64,000 bases of DNA from Rotaria socialis. Lineage: Eukaryota. The number at the start of each line of letters is the position of its first letter. Positions within the stretch are counted from its first letter, which is position 1. Below the pieces are notes generated by a model that saw only the letters and a program-made list of their open reading frames with translations, was not told where the DNA came from and made no database searches. Where the stretch lies: NCBI GenBank assembly GCA_905331295.1, contig CAJNYD010000020.1, positions 124,001-188,000 of the forward strand, written 5' to 3'. This document shows positions 40,097-52,899 of this stretch, piece after piece. The translations under genes and the position numbers were made by a program.

Positions 40097-41499
40097 AAAT
40101 ATCATTTTTGTTTTTATTATCAAATCTCTCATCTTCATTTTTCACTTTTTTTGTATATTTGTGCTCTCAAACATTCCATCAAAATGATCTACTTCTTTGA
40201 TGACAAATTCGTCCTTTTTCTTTCTTGTGTTTTCTCATTCTCATGACGTTGAGTTCATATCTGTTTTTTTCATTTGTGCAAATTATTTACTTCTCTTTTT
40301 ATATGATAGCGTCTTTTTTGTGCAACTTCTAATTGTTTTATATGAAATATTTGATATTGGCAAAAGGTAGTGAAGGATAAAAATATATGTATTGCTTTCT
40401 TTCTCTGCAACACGTTAGTAGTATTAATGTTATACTCTATGATTGATCACAAATCGAGCAAGTGATAGTCATCTTAGTTATGCAAAACAGAATGGAAAGC
40501 TGAAGGAACTTTTCATTGAAATACATGTCAAAAGTTTCGATTCATTTAAAAAATGCAGTTCTTGAGAGAGTATTATATTTTATGAGAATCTTTCAGCAAG
40601 CTTATAGATTCTATAGAACAAAATTGGCCAGCGAAATTAAGCATTACATTGTGGAAATAATTCCAAAATCAATAATAAATATAATACCATTGACTAGCGA
40701 TGCTGTCAAATCTTAACAATATCTTTCGATTCATATTCACCAAGATTAGCATTGAGTTCAAGATTCAATAAAAAAAAATTTGTGCACTGTTAGTTAAACA
40801 GATCGATCATATTGAGATTCAATCAATCATTTCACTATTAAATTAATTAATTAACCGCATGAAAAGTTCGAAGTTAACAATGTCACCAATGTTTACAAAT
40901 GCAATTTTACAAAAGCCAAAATCACTTCTATTACCTTTATGAAGGTGTACAGAGATAAATTAGACTTTTTCATGAAGTTGCTTTCTTTTATTAAATAGTT
41001 TTGGTAGTAAGAACATTCATTGGATCTAAATATGATTAGTCTTCGTAACCTTATGTATAGAACCATCTGTCGATTAGAGATAATGCTCTGATATGAATTA
41101 CAGAAAGCAAGATCAAAATTATGTTGTACTGGAAAAAGATAGCAGTCACGAAATACATGACTTGTAAAAACATGTTCTATAACTAAATGATGGCTTCAAT
41201 TAAAAGTGTTGCATCAAATGAAAAAGTTCGGCATTCTATAGTTCAGAATTTCAAACAATAATGTTCTAATCATGAGGCTATTTTAATGGTTTCAAAGGTT
41301 TGAGAAGCTAAGAAAAACTTCGCAATCGAGACATTTTCACATGTACAATAAATTTTAGTTAGTTAACTATATAGAATTCAATTATTATTATGCAATGAAA
41401 TATCTTTGAACGTTTACTTAGTTTCAGATATGTTTCTCATTGATCAAATGACTTTAGACTACAGTAAAATTCTATCAATAATTCACAATTACTGAAAAT

Positions 41500-41687
41500 A
41501 TGTTACCAATTGACGATAATTTTCTGCTGTTCTTTAAAATTTCTACTGTTGACGCAGCTCAAGATTAATTTGTTCATATTTGAATTGTGACATCAGTATC
41601 ACGTAGTGCTAACTCGTTTGAATTATTTCAGATGTGAAATAACCCTGATAACTCAAGAGTTAAAGTTGATACAGTTTTTGCCGTCGT
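41500..41687. repeat. 188-bp segment with an inverted copy at 44485-44672
   Basis: Direct reading shows reverse-complement identity with one mismatch seen (CAAGATTAAT vs CAAGCTTAAT); this copy ends at the N at 41688. Confidence 0.9.
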
Positions 41688-41688
41688 N

Positions 41689-41898
41689 AATAGGCCGTAT
41701 TTGCCCGTAATACCTGGCGCAGTAATACGGCACCGTAAACGGGACTGAATTTTCATGGTTTACGGCTGTTTGTGCTCCGTACTCTCATGATAATACGGTC
41801 CGTATTACTACGCCAGATATTACGGCAAACTTTCGCCCGTAAGATAGTCGTAAAGTAACCGTCAACGGCCGTATACGTACTGTACTGTTCGACCTGGG
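41689..41898. mobile_element. Right end of CCCAGG-family MITE with TACGG/CCGTA arrays
   Basis: AATACGG/CCGTA repeats ending TTCGACCTGGG; follows the N at 41688. Confidence 0.7.
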
Positions 41899-42951
41899 CT
41901 GTCTTTATTCACAAGTGATTTTTTTTGTTTTGATCTGTTCTTCTGATGTTATTGTGATATTCTTCGGTTAATATGTTACTCTTTTGTCCCTGTGAAGTTG
42001 ATTTTTTTTCTTCTCTAGCTGCTATGGTTATGGCTATTTGCGACTGATTAATGATTGTTTCTTTGCTGATTGAAAACAAAAAGACTTACTGCTGATATAT
42101 TTTCTGTGTTATGACTTAAATGCCACGGTGAAATAAACATACTATGGTTATACTTATTAACTAGAGTTCTGACATAAAATATTTCACTATTCACTCGATT
42201 TGTATAAATTTAAAATGCAACGCTAAACTTCGGATTTGATAGGACAGGATCAGAAGAAGATTGCTCATTCATTGCAAGATGATATGTTATAAGTTAGGAA
42301 AAATAGATTCAATCAATTATTTTTGATAATATTTATTCGATGAATCAGTCTTCTAACAGAAGAAATAAACAAAATCAAATCGGAAAATATTCAGCAATAT
42401 TTACTGATGAAAACAATCATTCATTTAATAGCGGTACAACATTATCTTTACAATCAATGGTAGATGATATACCATTTGAATTTAATCCTAAATATCGAAC
42501 TATTATTGCTGTAAGTTTTGAGAAAATTATTGTTTCTAATCAAACGTATTTATTTTATTTATAGCCTAATATAAATATTCCTGAATATGATACAACTAAG
42601 ATTCATATAATATTCTTGCCACACCAGTCATTAACTGTTTACAAAAAGATAAAATAAATTTTTATTTTAAATTTCTTAGGCGAGAAAATCATTGAATGAT
42701 AAGACCATTTTTCTTCTACGTGGCATAAAACAACATTCTGCGTGGCTGATACATCAATTGGAAAGATTTGCAGATAAATTACCGCTTGTTAATGTTCTAA
42801 AGCATGATTCAGTGTATTTTCATTTTTGAACATAGAAAAATATTGGATAATAAAGTGCCATTTGTGATTGGTCTTTTATTGGTGCTATTATTTTATGATT
42901 GATATATAGTTTATTGATAAGATTTTTGACAGATTGGTTTCTCGTTCATGA

Positions 42952-43911
42952 CACAGATGTCATAATATCCTAACACTGGGTATCGTCGACATACCAGTCA
43001 CGATATGCATTCAAGTGGATATCTAAAATGGATACTAAAATGAATACCCACGTTCCTCATATCTGAGGAATTTGAGTGCATTTGGTGTAAGGAGAATGGG
43101 TATCCATTTTTATATATCCCCAGAGCTGAGGAATTTGAGTGCATTTGGTGTAAGGAGAATGGGTATCCATTTTTATATATCCCTAGAGCTGAGGAATTTG
43201 AGTGCATCTGGTGTAACGAGAATGGGTACCGGAAATTTTCTAACTGTCAGGTCCTACTTCAAACAAATTAATATAAGCCAGAATTCAAATAACATGCATG
43301 TGACGATCCACAACAACACCAACTACGCAGCATGCTGAAGTTTCAACCCGATTTCCTTGAGTGATTTTGATGAAAGTCGTAATAAATTGTTATCAGGTAA
43401 AAATGAAGTTCTTCAACGAACATTTACTTGGAATTGCACGCTATCTGGAATGCTCATTAAACAAATCTGTACATATCGATAAACATTGGCATAAAGCTGA
43501 CTACATGAATACAATAAATTTTAACATAGCATCACGCTTCCTTATTTATAATTATAAAGTCACGTATTTTTACAATAGGGTATCCATTTCCGATACCCAT
43601 TCTCGTTACACCAAATGCACTCAAATTCCTCAGCTCTGGGGATATATAAAAATAGATACCCATTCTCGTTACACCAAATGCACTCAAAATCCTCAGCTCT
43701 GAGGATATACAAAAATGGATACCCATTCTCGTTACACCAAATGCACTCAAATCCCTCAGCTCTGGGGATATACAAAAATGGATACCCATTCTCGTTGCAC
43801 CAAATGCACTCAAATTCCTCAGCTCTGAGGATACGTAGATGTCCATCCAACTGGGTATCCTATCTGGGTATTCATCTCGATACCCAAGTTGTGGATATTA
43901 TGACATCCCTC
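42952..43911. mobile_element. Non-autonomous hAT element with inverted arrays of a 63-bp tandem repeat
   Basis: 8-bp TSD GTTCATGA (42944-42951, 43912-43919); TIR core GATGTCATAATATCC; 63-bp units at 43063, 43126, 43189 and about four inverted units at 43592-43832. Confidence 0.85.
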
Positions 43912-45150
43912 GTTCATGATGTTCGAATCGGGTTAGTTTACTACCGCCTAAAACAAGGATCAATAGAAAAACCGATTCAACACTATTCAATATCAAATAT
44001 GGGTGTCCGATAATATTTTTTTAAAAATGGAATGAGAACTTTATATGCTACGTTCTAATGGTTTCAAATAGTATTAGATCTTTTAATTGGATCATTGTAC
44101 TACCATTAATCCTAGTACTTATTCATTTTTTTCTGCGTCGGTTGATTGTTCAGCCATAATTTCAAAACTATCATCGTCAAAATAAATAATGGAACAATCT
44201 ATTGAATTGTATTTTCCCAGTGAAATTAAGTTTTGAGCCAAAAATGATTGCTAAAACTTTCAAAACACTACATATCGCATAGAAGATGTGGACTCTTATT
44301 TGTTGGCGATCATCACTATGAAGAAAATTTTTAACTGTTCATTTTTCTCAAGTGAAATTGTTGAACATGTAAAACGTGCTAAGATTTTCAAGCTGATCTT
44401 GATTGTTTTAAATATATCATGGATCTCATGATGGATTTATTTGTTCATGTTAAGTTCGACCGATGTATCTTATAGACTTTAAAAACGACGGCAAAAACTG
44501 TATCAACTTTAACTCTTGAGTTATCAGGGTTATTTCACATCTGAAATAATTCAAACGAGTTAGCACTACGTGATACTGATGTCACAATTCAAATATGAAC
44601 AAATTAAGCTTGAGCTGCGTCAACAGTAGAAATTTTAAAGAACAGCAGAAAATTATCGTCAATTGGTAACATCCCATGTCATAAAAATCGCTTAAAAATC
44701 GACGATTTTATCGCGATTTATTAGCCCGATTAATCGTGCGATTATATCGCGATTAATCGTTTGAACTGGTGATATTTACCGATTTATTTCTCGATTTTCA
44801 GCAAAAGATCGCGATCTGTCACTGCTTTTGCAATTACTTATAAATCAGCTTTATAGACCTAAGTTAACATTTCTCTTTTTCATTTATTAGTAATAAACAA
44901 GTGTTGCTGAATTACTTTCATCATAGGTTATCCTTTTTTTATTGCACTAAAGCATAAATAAAAAAGATGCCTACAGTTAAAACTAACAATACAATAAAAC
45001 AAGATGATGAATGAATGTGAGAACGTTCAATATATAAAGGTACTTTCGTAAAACAAATATGCTATATGTACATATGAAATATTTTCATAAAAAACAACTA
45101 AAGTCTACAAAAACAACTGTCGTCTGTTTGTATGGAACTCATAATAATCA

Positions 45151-46357
45151 CTATGTTTCCGATTGTGAATTTGATGCTACAAGTGGATCATTTGATGCAT
45201 CTATGAATCATGCAAAGGAGAGAAATTATTATAATTAAGTAGAATGATAAATTATGTTTTACCTTTATTTGATTTAGCGTACAATCTTTTTCGTTGATTT
45301 CTACGTTTGCTCAATATTGAATCATGAATGGGAGGCCAAATGATCGACATGTCATTGACTGAAAAGCCAAACTTATGCTGAACTGCATCTAAGAGAAATA
45401 GAATTAAATAGAAACAGAAAAAAATTGGTACAAGTTTTTCTTACTACGTATGGCTTTGATTCTTTCATCTTCATCGGCCTTCTTTACATTAATGTTTTGA
45501 AATTCTTGATCATCAATAAATACTACGTCAATAAGTTTTAATGCATATTTGATTGTGTTTTGCTTGGTACCATATATTTTCAAAAGATCTATTACTTGAC
45601 CATCACTTCGATTGTATGACTAAACGAACAGATTAATCATGAGCATGTAGGCACGTTGTTCATAAAATATATTAAGATGAGGAGAGATTAATAAGACTCT
45701 TTACCTTCAAAGCATTCGTGGATTCTTCATCATGTGTTGCGGTTTCTTCATCATCATCTTCAAGAACAATTGGAATCTAGAAATAACGTATTTTAATCGG
45801 CGACCTATATGCATTACAAATATAATTCTTACTTTATGCTTATTAAAACTTCGAACGATTTTCTTTTGATTCACACACAAACTATTTAAAAACTTGTGTT
45901 GACGTTCCATAGTAATTGACATTTGACTTTGTTGCTTTTGAACTTGTAAAACAATAGCATTAAGTTCTTTGACATGATGAAGTACTTGTTGAAAGCCATA
46001 ATTTTGATTTTCATCTTGATCATCTTCATCGTTTATTAAGAGACGAGATTTTTTTACGATCGGTATTTTTGTTATTGGTTTCAAGTTACGTCTTTTCGAA
46101 CAAGCAGACTTTGAATTTGAAGTTAATTTTTGACTTTTTGAAGGGATATTATAGTTAAAATCATCATCATCAAATGAACTATTTAATTGATTTTCATCAT
46201 TGACTTTGACATCATCTGAGTCCGATGAATCTCTATCATTATCTGCATCATAATAGAAAAGATAAAAAATGACTGATTAAAGCTAAACTGTAGGATTACC
46301 TTCTATAATAATTGGACATGAAATTGATTGATTGCCTTTTAAATTCGATTTTGATGC

Positions 46358-46396
<39 letters not shown>

Positions 46397-47043
46397 CGAT
46401 GATGATGATGATGAATATGTTTGCCCAGACTTCTCATTTACAGCTGATGCATCACCTTCTAATTGCATAATAAGACAAACATTCAATAGGTCTCTATATA
46501 AGTTACTCACCAACGCGAATATTGTATAAAGTCTCAGTTGTAGAACGTACTAAAAAAAATACTCTGATATACATGAGTTTTAGCGCACTTACGCGATTGC
46601 TCTTCACTTGCTGATAACACTGGATTTGATTTTGAAGTAGTTGTTAATTTTTTTTGTCGAATTTCTTGTGCTTTTTTTACTTTCCATTCTTCGCAATCAG
46701 ATGGAACTTCCTCGTGCATTTGGGATTGCATCGCTTTTTCAAGTAAAATGCCATAGCGCTCCATCGACGCTCGTGTACCTATACGAAATATATCAAATAA
46801 AATACAGTCTGAAGATTGAAGAAGAGTAAACGTGCCAGTTTGTTCAATATGAACATTGTATGATTTTCCAAGCTCCTTAATAATCCCATAGCCTTGTTCA
46901 TTAACATGTAATAAACGCTTAGATTCAACTATGCTGTACTTCGAAGGTTCGTCGATGTAAACGATGCATGAATAACTAGTTTTTTCTTTAAATGAACGTT
47001 GAGTTAAATAAGGACGTTCATATTCATTCCTTTTTGAAGTCAT
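45151..47043 (-). CDS. Transposon accessory (TNPA-position) multi-exon protein: N-terminal beta-rich domain, poly-Ser/acidic region, coiled coil, C-terminal BEN-like domain
   Basis: ORF pieces 46534-47073, 46283-46513 and 45707-46084, plus exons read manually: SYNRSDGQVIDLLKIYGTKQNTIKYALKLIDVVFIDDQEF..DEDERIKAIRNAVQHKFGF..SIIWPPIHDSILSKRRNQRKR; stop TAG at 45151-45153. Confidence 0.7.
46352..46413. repeat. (GAT)n microsatellite encoding poly-Ser on the minus strand
   Basis: About 20 GAT units inside the accessory gene. Confidence 0.9.
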
Positions 47044-47212
47044 CTGAGATAGAAAGAATATATTATTATACATGATAATTTAACTGCCGTGTAAAAAAAT
47101 TAATGAAAAACTGAAGATCTAATTCTGCTAATTAAAAACAATCAGCGTGTTCATAAAAGTTACATTACATATATATATATATAAATGTATTAATAAAAAA
47201 AGAATATTAAGT

Positions 47213-49812
47213 TCAATCGTGTTCATAATTTATGCGCCTTTCACTAATGCATTCATACTGTTTAAAAGGTACTGAGATGCATTTACTTCTGATATTCCCA
47301 GCTTGAATAATAATAAATTCATCATTTAGAGAGCATATTGGATAAAATGAATCAAGTATATTTTTAAATTTCTCTGGAATATTCAGTTCGTCAGATATTC
47401 GTATATTAGTGCGACGAAATTGTTGTATCAATGAGTAATATTGATTTTCTAATGAATAAAACAAGATGATGTTACCATATTGAATTTGATGATGTTGATC
47501 GTTATAAGATACTAAATAACTATTGCATGAAAATCGTTTATCATACAAGACCGAGTGATATGTAACAAATTTGTCTTTGAATCTTAAATAAAATTGAATT
47601 TTGAGCGCATCATGTTGTAGAATATTCAGGTTTTCATTTAATTTTTTCTTGTAAGGATTTAAAATACTACTATTTAACTTGATTTCGTTTATCAAAAACC
47701 TTGATGGTGGTTCAGATTTTTTCGTGATGACAATACTTTCAATATCATACCAAAATGAAATTTGGGAACCCAAATGCTTTGTTCCGTGGGCCTTTTTTTT
47801 AACATGACGAATCGCCGATTCAAAACAAAACGACGAAGTGAAAGCCATTGCTCCATGATCTAAAATAGATGGTACAAAAACGACACTGAAGTTTTAATAC
47901 ATTAATGATGAGAAAAACAATTTATAAAAATGTGAAGATAATTATGAAGTTGATCCTTACTTAACACTTGGTTTGGCAAATGTAAATGGGCATGTAAAGA
48001 GTACAATTCGATCTTTTGATCATAAATTGTCGATGCATTCTTACAGTAGTAATGTATCATTGTATCGGCTAATTCGATCTCCTCAAAACTTCTTGGACAG
48101 TGCAATATTTTGATGGCCATGCAATAAATGGAAAAATGAGACGAATACAGTTCTGGTAAATGTTGTATAAGTATTGGTAAACCTACATTTAATATGAATA
48201 ATCTGGAATCCTTCGCTTTCCAATCATTAACAGATTTAATGGAATATATATATTTCACGTGCGCATCATGCGGCAAATGAAGATTAGATAACATTGAATC
48301 TATGCCATCAATATCATTTTTTGTTAATATACAAGTAAAGCGTTTCAGTAACGTTGAGACATGGTTAAGACAGATTAAATGCATATAATCATGTATAATA
48401 TCGTCAGGATAGCGAAAAAGTTTTAGTAAACATGACAATCCTTTAATACCAATAACTGATGAATGATATTTAGCATTAGTGTTAGATTTTTCAACTCCTG
48501 CTGCAATTGTAACAAAATCTTCATGATTTCTTGATTGATAATTATTATATTTGTATGGGTAAATGATTTGTTTATTTAGCAGCGTTCCTAAATAAGAAAA
48601 ATAAAAAAAATTAAATAGTAGCAAAAAAGAATAACAGCATACAAGAATAAAAAAATTACCCTCTGTGATACAGTTTGTACAAGCAAAGTAACCATTAAAG
48701 TTAATGGTTTTAGTAAACAATGATTTCGCCGGTAGATCAGACACAAAAAATAGTGTTTTTACGTGTATTTGATACTCATTTCCATCTACAAATATTGATG
48801 TTCCATTTTCAGCTAGATCAGTAATTTGTTTTATGATATCTAAAAAAAAAACATCCACATCTGGCTTCTTGCAGGATACCCATAATCCTAGTATTAAAAT
48901 ATTAGAATAATGTTCCCTAATTGGTGGAGGTAATTCCATGATTGAGCTAAAGCAAGGCCATATTGCTGACTTTGTTGAACGTACTAAAGGTGCACCATCA
49001 ACAAATACATTAAGTGTAATTGGATGAACAATGCCTTTTGTAATAAAAGTATAACGACTACCACTTGTAACATCAAAATCAGGAAAAAGATCGATATTTC
49101 CGGTAAAGAAAGAGATATTTTTTTTAATAACATATTCTAGTTTCTCTCTAATATTTGTAGTGATAATTTCTGTCAATTGTCTCTGTGACAATTTTAAATT
49201 AGAAAAGATACAAGTTGAATTTGTACAATATTGTTCACCGCGTTTGCATGTTGTTAAGGTAAGACATTGGTTACAATAAAACTTAGTCATAGATGATGGA
49301 TTTTTCCCATATAATTTTAATACCTGATTAAACGTTATTGGAAGTTGATTCGGTATTGGTAGTAGAGATTTGATCAAACGCATCAATGCAAACACCTTGG
49401 CTTTATCGAAATTTGAACTATTACAAAAATTCATTATAAATTTAACAGCTTCAGTCACACTTATATGCGCATCTTTATATAATGGTGATTTTCCATCTTT
49501 TGAGGATAGGAAATTATCATGTTCATTAAAATTATCCTTTTCCGTCGAAGAATAATATTCTTCGAAGTTATCTTGACCGAGAAAATCAGGATCAACAACA
49601 TTATCTACCAGCACTTGCTCATTCGTGGTTGTTGTTGTTGATGTTTTCTTCTTAAGAATATTACGTTTCACTATATCAATCGAGTAGCTAGTTGAATCAG
49701 TATCATCATCGGATTCATTTTCAACTACTTCTTGATATTGCTTCTTTCTTTTGTTTCTGCGTGCCCTTTGTTGAAAAACTCGTCCAGTGTAAGATTCATT
49801 ACCATTTTCCAT
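47213..49812 (-). CDS. CMC/EnSpm-type DDE transposase, 3 exons, ~808 aa, no disruptions seen
   Basis: Motifs DGAPLVRSTKSAIWP, ELPPPIR..NILILGLW..KP, SDLPAKS..NFNGYFACTNC, DYMHLICL, WKAKDSRLF, LHAHLHL..QVLNHGAMAFTSSFCFES. Introns 48588-48659 and 47860-47960 give 2427 nt, a multiple of three. Confidence 0.92.
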
Positions 49813-50914
49813 TATAAGAACAAAGCCAAAAATAAATAGAATCAGGAATCGATTATGTGCAATAAGACGTTTAAAATATTTTAATATTCACTACGTAGGT
49901 TTAAGAAGGCTTAACACATTAACATGGATTGCATTATAAAATAATTACTGGAGAACAATGACTCTGATTGTGTTCCTATTGGTTGACGGACGTGAACCAG
50001 TTAGTATCCAATCCGCCGTTTTTGTCTACTCGTAATAAACGAAATTCAGCAATAACTCTGCAAATGAACAGAAAAATATATTTGTTTGTCTGAATAAAAT
50101 AAAACAAATAATTTTATCTGGAGGCCATCAAACATTTAGTTTTAAATATCGCGATTTATCGGCAATATTATGCAGATTAGCGATTAATCGCGATTAATCG
50201 CCGGGCTTGCTACTTATGTAAATAATTGCCGGTAGCTCGCGATTTCTTGACGATTTTTGTTCAGACTTAACAAGATCGTCAATTAATCGCAATTAATTGT
50301 CGATTTTTTAAGTTGAATCGCGATTAATCTGCGATTTTCTTCAATTTCACGATTAATCGCTAAAAGTCTCGCGATTTCGATGACATGGGTGCTCTTTGAA
50401 TATTGTTCAATATAATGGTTATTATAGATGCAGCAAGAATATTACTTTATTTATAAATAAATATTTACATATAAGATGTAAACATTAGAATACTGTGTGA
50501 AGCGGTTTTTCAAATCGACTTCTGAATAGTGAGACGCCACTTATAATCCAGTTGTGTAGAAATTTTTGTGTAGAATTAAGCTGTATTTTTGAATAGGTGG
50601 CAAAAGGGGAAGCGTTTTTTATATCGTTTCTGATCGAAACGATAAGCCGGATGGACTCTAGTATCTAATAGAAAAACTAAAAATTAAATTAGTCAAATTG
50701 AAGAAAAACTGACGTGAGAAGTAATTTAAAAAAACTGGCCTTCTTTTTGATTAAAATAAGAATGTAAAATAAAAAACCTTTAGATTGATAGATGGACCAA
50801 TTTTTTTGAATACAAAATAAAATATTCATACATTGCATACGTCAAAAGCTCTTGGAACAGTATTAGGTATAATTTAAAAAAACATATTTATAGCAGACAT
50901 TGGATACTCAATAC

Positions 50915-51070
50915 AATACTTAGTACTTTTACGTACTAAGTACGTAAAATAATAAGTACCAGTAATTCTTTTGTAGTACCAGTACATGCACTTGCACTGC
51001 AAAGTGTACTTTGTATTTGTACTCAGTACGGGTACTAAGTATACAATGTGCTCAGTACAATGCTGGCGCT
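50915..51070. repeat. GTAC-rich subterminal-type array (transposon end remnant)
   Basis: Dense AGTAC/GTACT motifs; a similar array lies at about 52605-53010. Confidence 0.45.
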
Positions 51071-51271
51071 CGTAAAGCAATCCTTTTAGGTATCCTTATT
51101 TTCTATGTTTTCTTCTTTGCATTGGGTTTTAAGTGTTTTCTATCTATTACATGTACTTTAGTGATTACAAAACGGCTTTAAAATCGAAAATAACAGATGA
51201 ATTGACGCTTTTTTCAAATATTTTTTAACAGTGACAAATAATATATAAATTCTACGAATTAAATATTTGTA

Positions 51272-51901
51272 ACCCCACCTCTATCCTCATAATAGAGGCC
51301 CCTGGGGGCTTCTAAACTGGCAATCGTTCAAATTTTTTTAAGGGGGCTTTTATTATGGAAGAGCTACTAATGCGACGTTCATACAGAAGTTTAAAAAATC
51401 AGAAAATGAAAGAATCAAAAAAAAGCAATGATTCGATCTAACATAAGGGATAAAAGTTTTAATATCTGTTATTCAAAATAACAATTTAGGCAGAAACAAC
51501 TTGAAACAGATTGTTTTGATTTCTATAATTTGTTAAAATTTTGATTCTTTTAATCTCTTTTATTGTTTTTTTCTATTTTTAAGTTTATTTAATTTTTAAG
51601 TTTTTAAAACTTTTAATCTTTTCTGTGATTTTTCTTATTTTCTTGATTTAAAATCAAGAAAATAAGAAAAATCACAGAAACAAGAAAAGTCTGATTTCAG
51701 CTGTTTGTCCCTTGTAAAAGAGTCATTATTTTAATGATCTTGACTATTTATTTGAGATAAGTTCAAATAATTATACAAAAATCTGTCAAATTTTATATAG
51801 AGACAAAAAAAACATATTACTGTATTATTAGAAGCCCAGGGCTTCTAATTCATTTTCACATCGATCTCTCCCTGGGGGGCTTCTATTACGAGGCGAGGGG
51901 T
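51272..51901. mobile_element. TIR element / MITE with central perfect palindrome
   Basis: Left ACCCC..CCTCATAATAGAGGCCCC versus reverse complement of right end ACCCCTCGCCTCGTAATAGAAGCCCC; internal GGGGCTTCTA repeats. Confidence 0.6.
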
Positions 51902-52627
51902 CATCAGATTCCATGAAAAAAAGTTAAAAATGAGATTAATATCGATTCAAACACCATTATTTTGATTTTATTCAAATCTGAGTTTTAGTCTTATATTTTT
52001 GATTTTTGATTTTTGTCTCATTAGACGATTGTTTTCTAATTTGTCGTTTTGAATGAATACTATTGATGGATCAAACTTGATGAGATTTCAGTAATTGATT
52101 AGATGAATTCCAAAAACTTGTTAGCACAGCTCCTTTGAAGCTAAAATATGGAACTTACCTCTAATTATTCGCCTAATTCTACTAATACACAATGCGTAAA
52201 GTGTGAAATGTGCTGCAAGAGAATCGATCGGTAGAAAAAAAGTCTTATTTAGTGTTTACATCCTTGGTAATATCTGTAATGGGAGGGGGAGCCACAAAAA
52301 TTTTACTTTTAAACTTACACCCACCATTTTCTTCGAAAATATATGTGAGTTCCAAAAAAAATGATCAAATGAGAGAAAATATAAAATTTAAAACGAAAAA
52401 AACAGATTTCTATCAGATAGAAATAGTGTCATTTCAATTGATTCCAGTCTTATAGAGCTATAAATTATATCCATTTTAATATCAGTGGATATGAAAATAT
52501 GGCAAAATGCATTCCAGCTTCCATTCTTGTTCACACTACGGATATCATTAGCCGACGAAACCAATGAATGCTTAGAAAATTATTAATGAAAGCCTAATGT
52601 GAATTTGTACTCAAGTACAAGTACTAA

Positions 52628-52899
52628 CCCAGGTCAAAAAATCAGACACAGATCATGTAAGATCAGATGAAATCATACGAAAAATCATAAAGTCAGATCA
52701 TTGTGTCTATTCGTATTGTAAGATTTCTGTAAGATCTTACAAAAATGATATTATAGGATCTTACAGAAATCTTACAATACGAATAGACACAATGATCTGA
52801 CTTTATGATTTTTCGTATGATTTCATCTGATCTTACAAGATCATATAAGATCAGAGGTACGATCGTTGAGGATCTTACTGTCTGATTGTTTGACCTGGA
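52628..52899. mobile_element. Palindromic CCCAGG-family MITE with GATC/TAAGATC motifs, nested in a GTAC-rich remnant
   Basis: CCCAGGTCAAAAAATCAGACA ... TGTCTGATTGTTTGACCTGGA; long internal inverted arms; TAA on both flanks. Confidence 0.8.

Larger units (their letters stand above)
44673..50389 (-). mobile_element. Full-length CMC/EnSpm (CACTA-like) DNA transposon, 5.7 kb, two genes
   Basis: TIR CCCATGTCAT..AAATCGC at both ends; AATCGCGATT subterminal arrays (44685-44820, 50145-50380); contains a transposase and a second spliced gene. Flanks AT and TG do not form a TSD. Confidence 0.9.

Noticed and set aside
42340..42900. Possible small gene (MNQSSNRRNK...)
   Set aside because: Exon-like pieces exist, but I could not build a convincing full ORF or recognise a domain.
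43063..43832. CRISPR-like regularly spaced repeats, and repetitive ORFs in several frames
   Set aside because: The 63-bp units are contiguous with no unique spacers, there are no cas genes, and they lie inside a hAT element; the ORFs arise because the unit length is a multiple of three.
46332..46529. Poly-Asp ORF on the + strand
   Set aside because: Antisense reading of the (GAT)n tract inside the minus-strand accessory gene.
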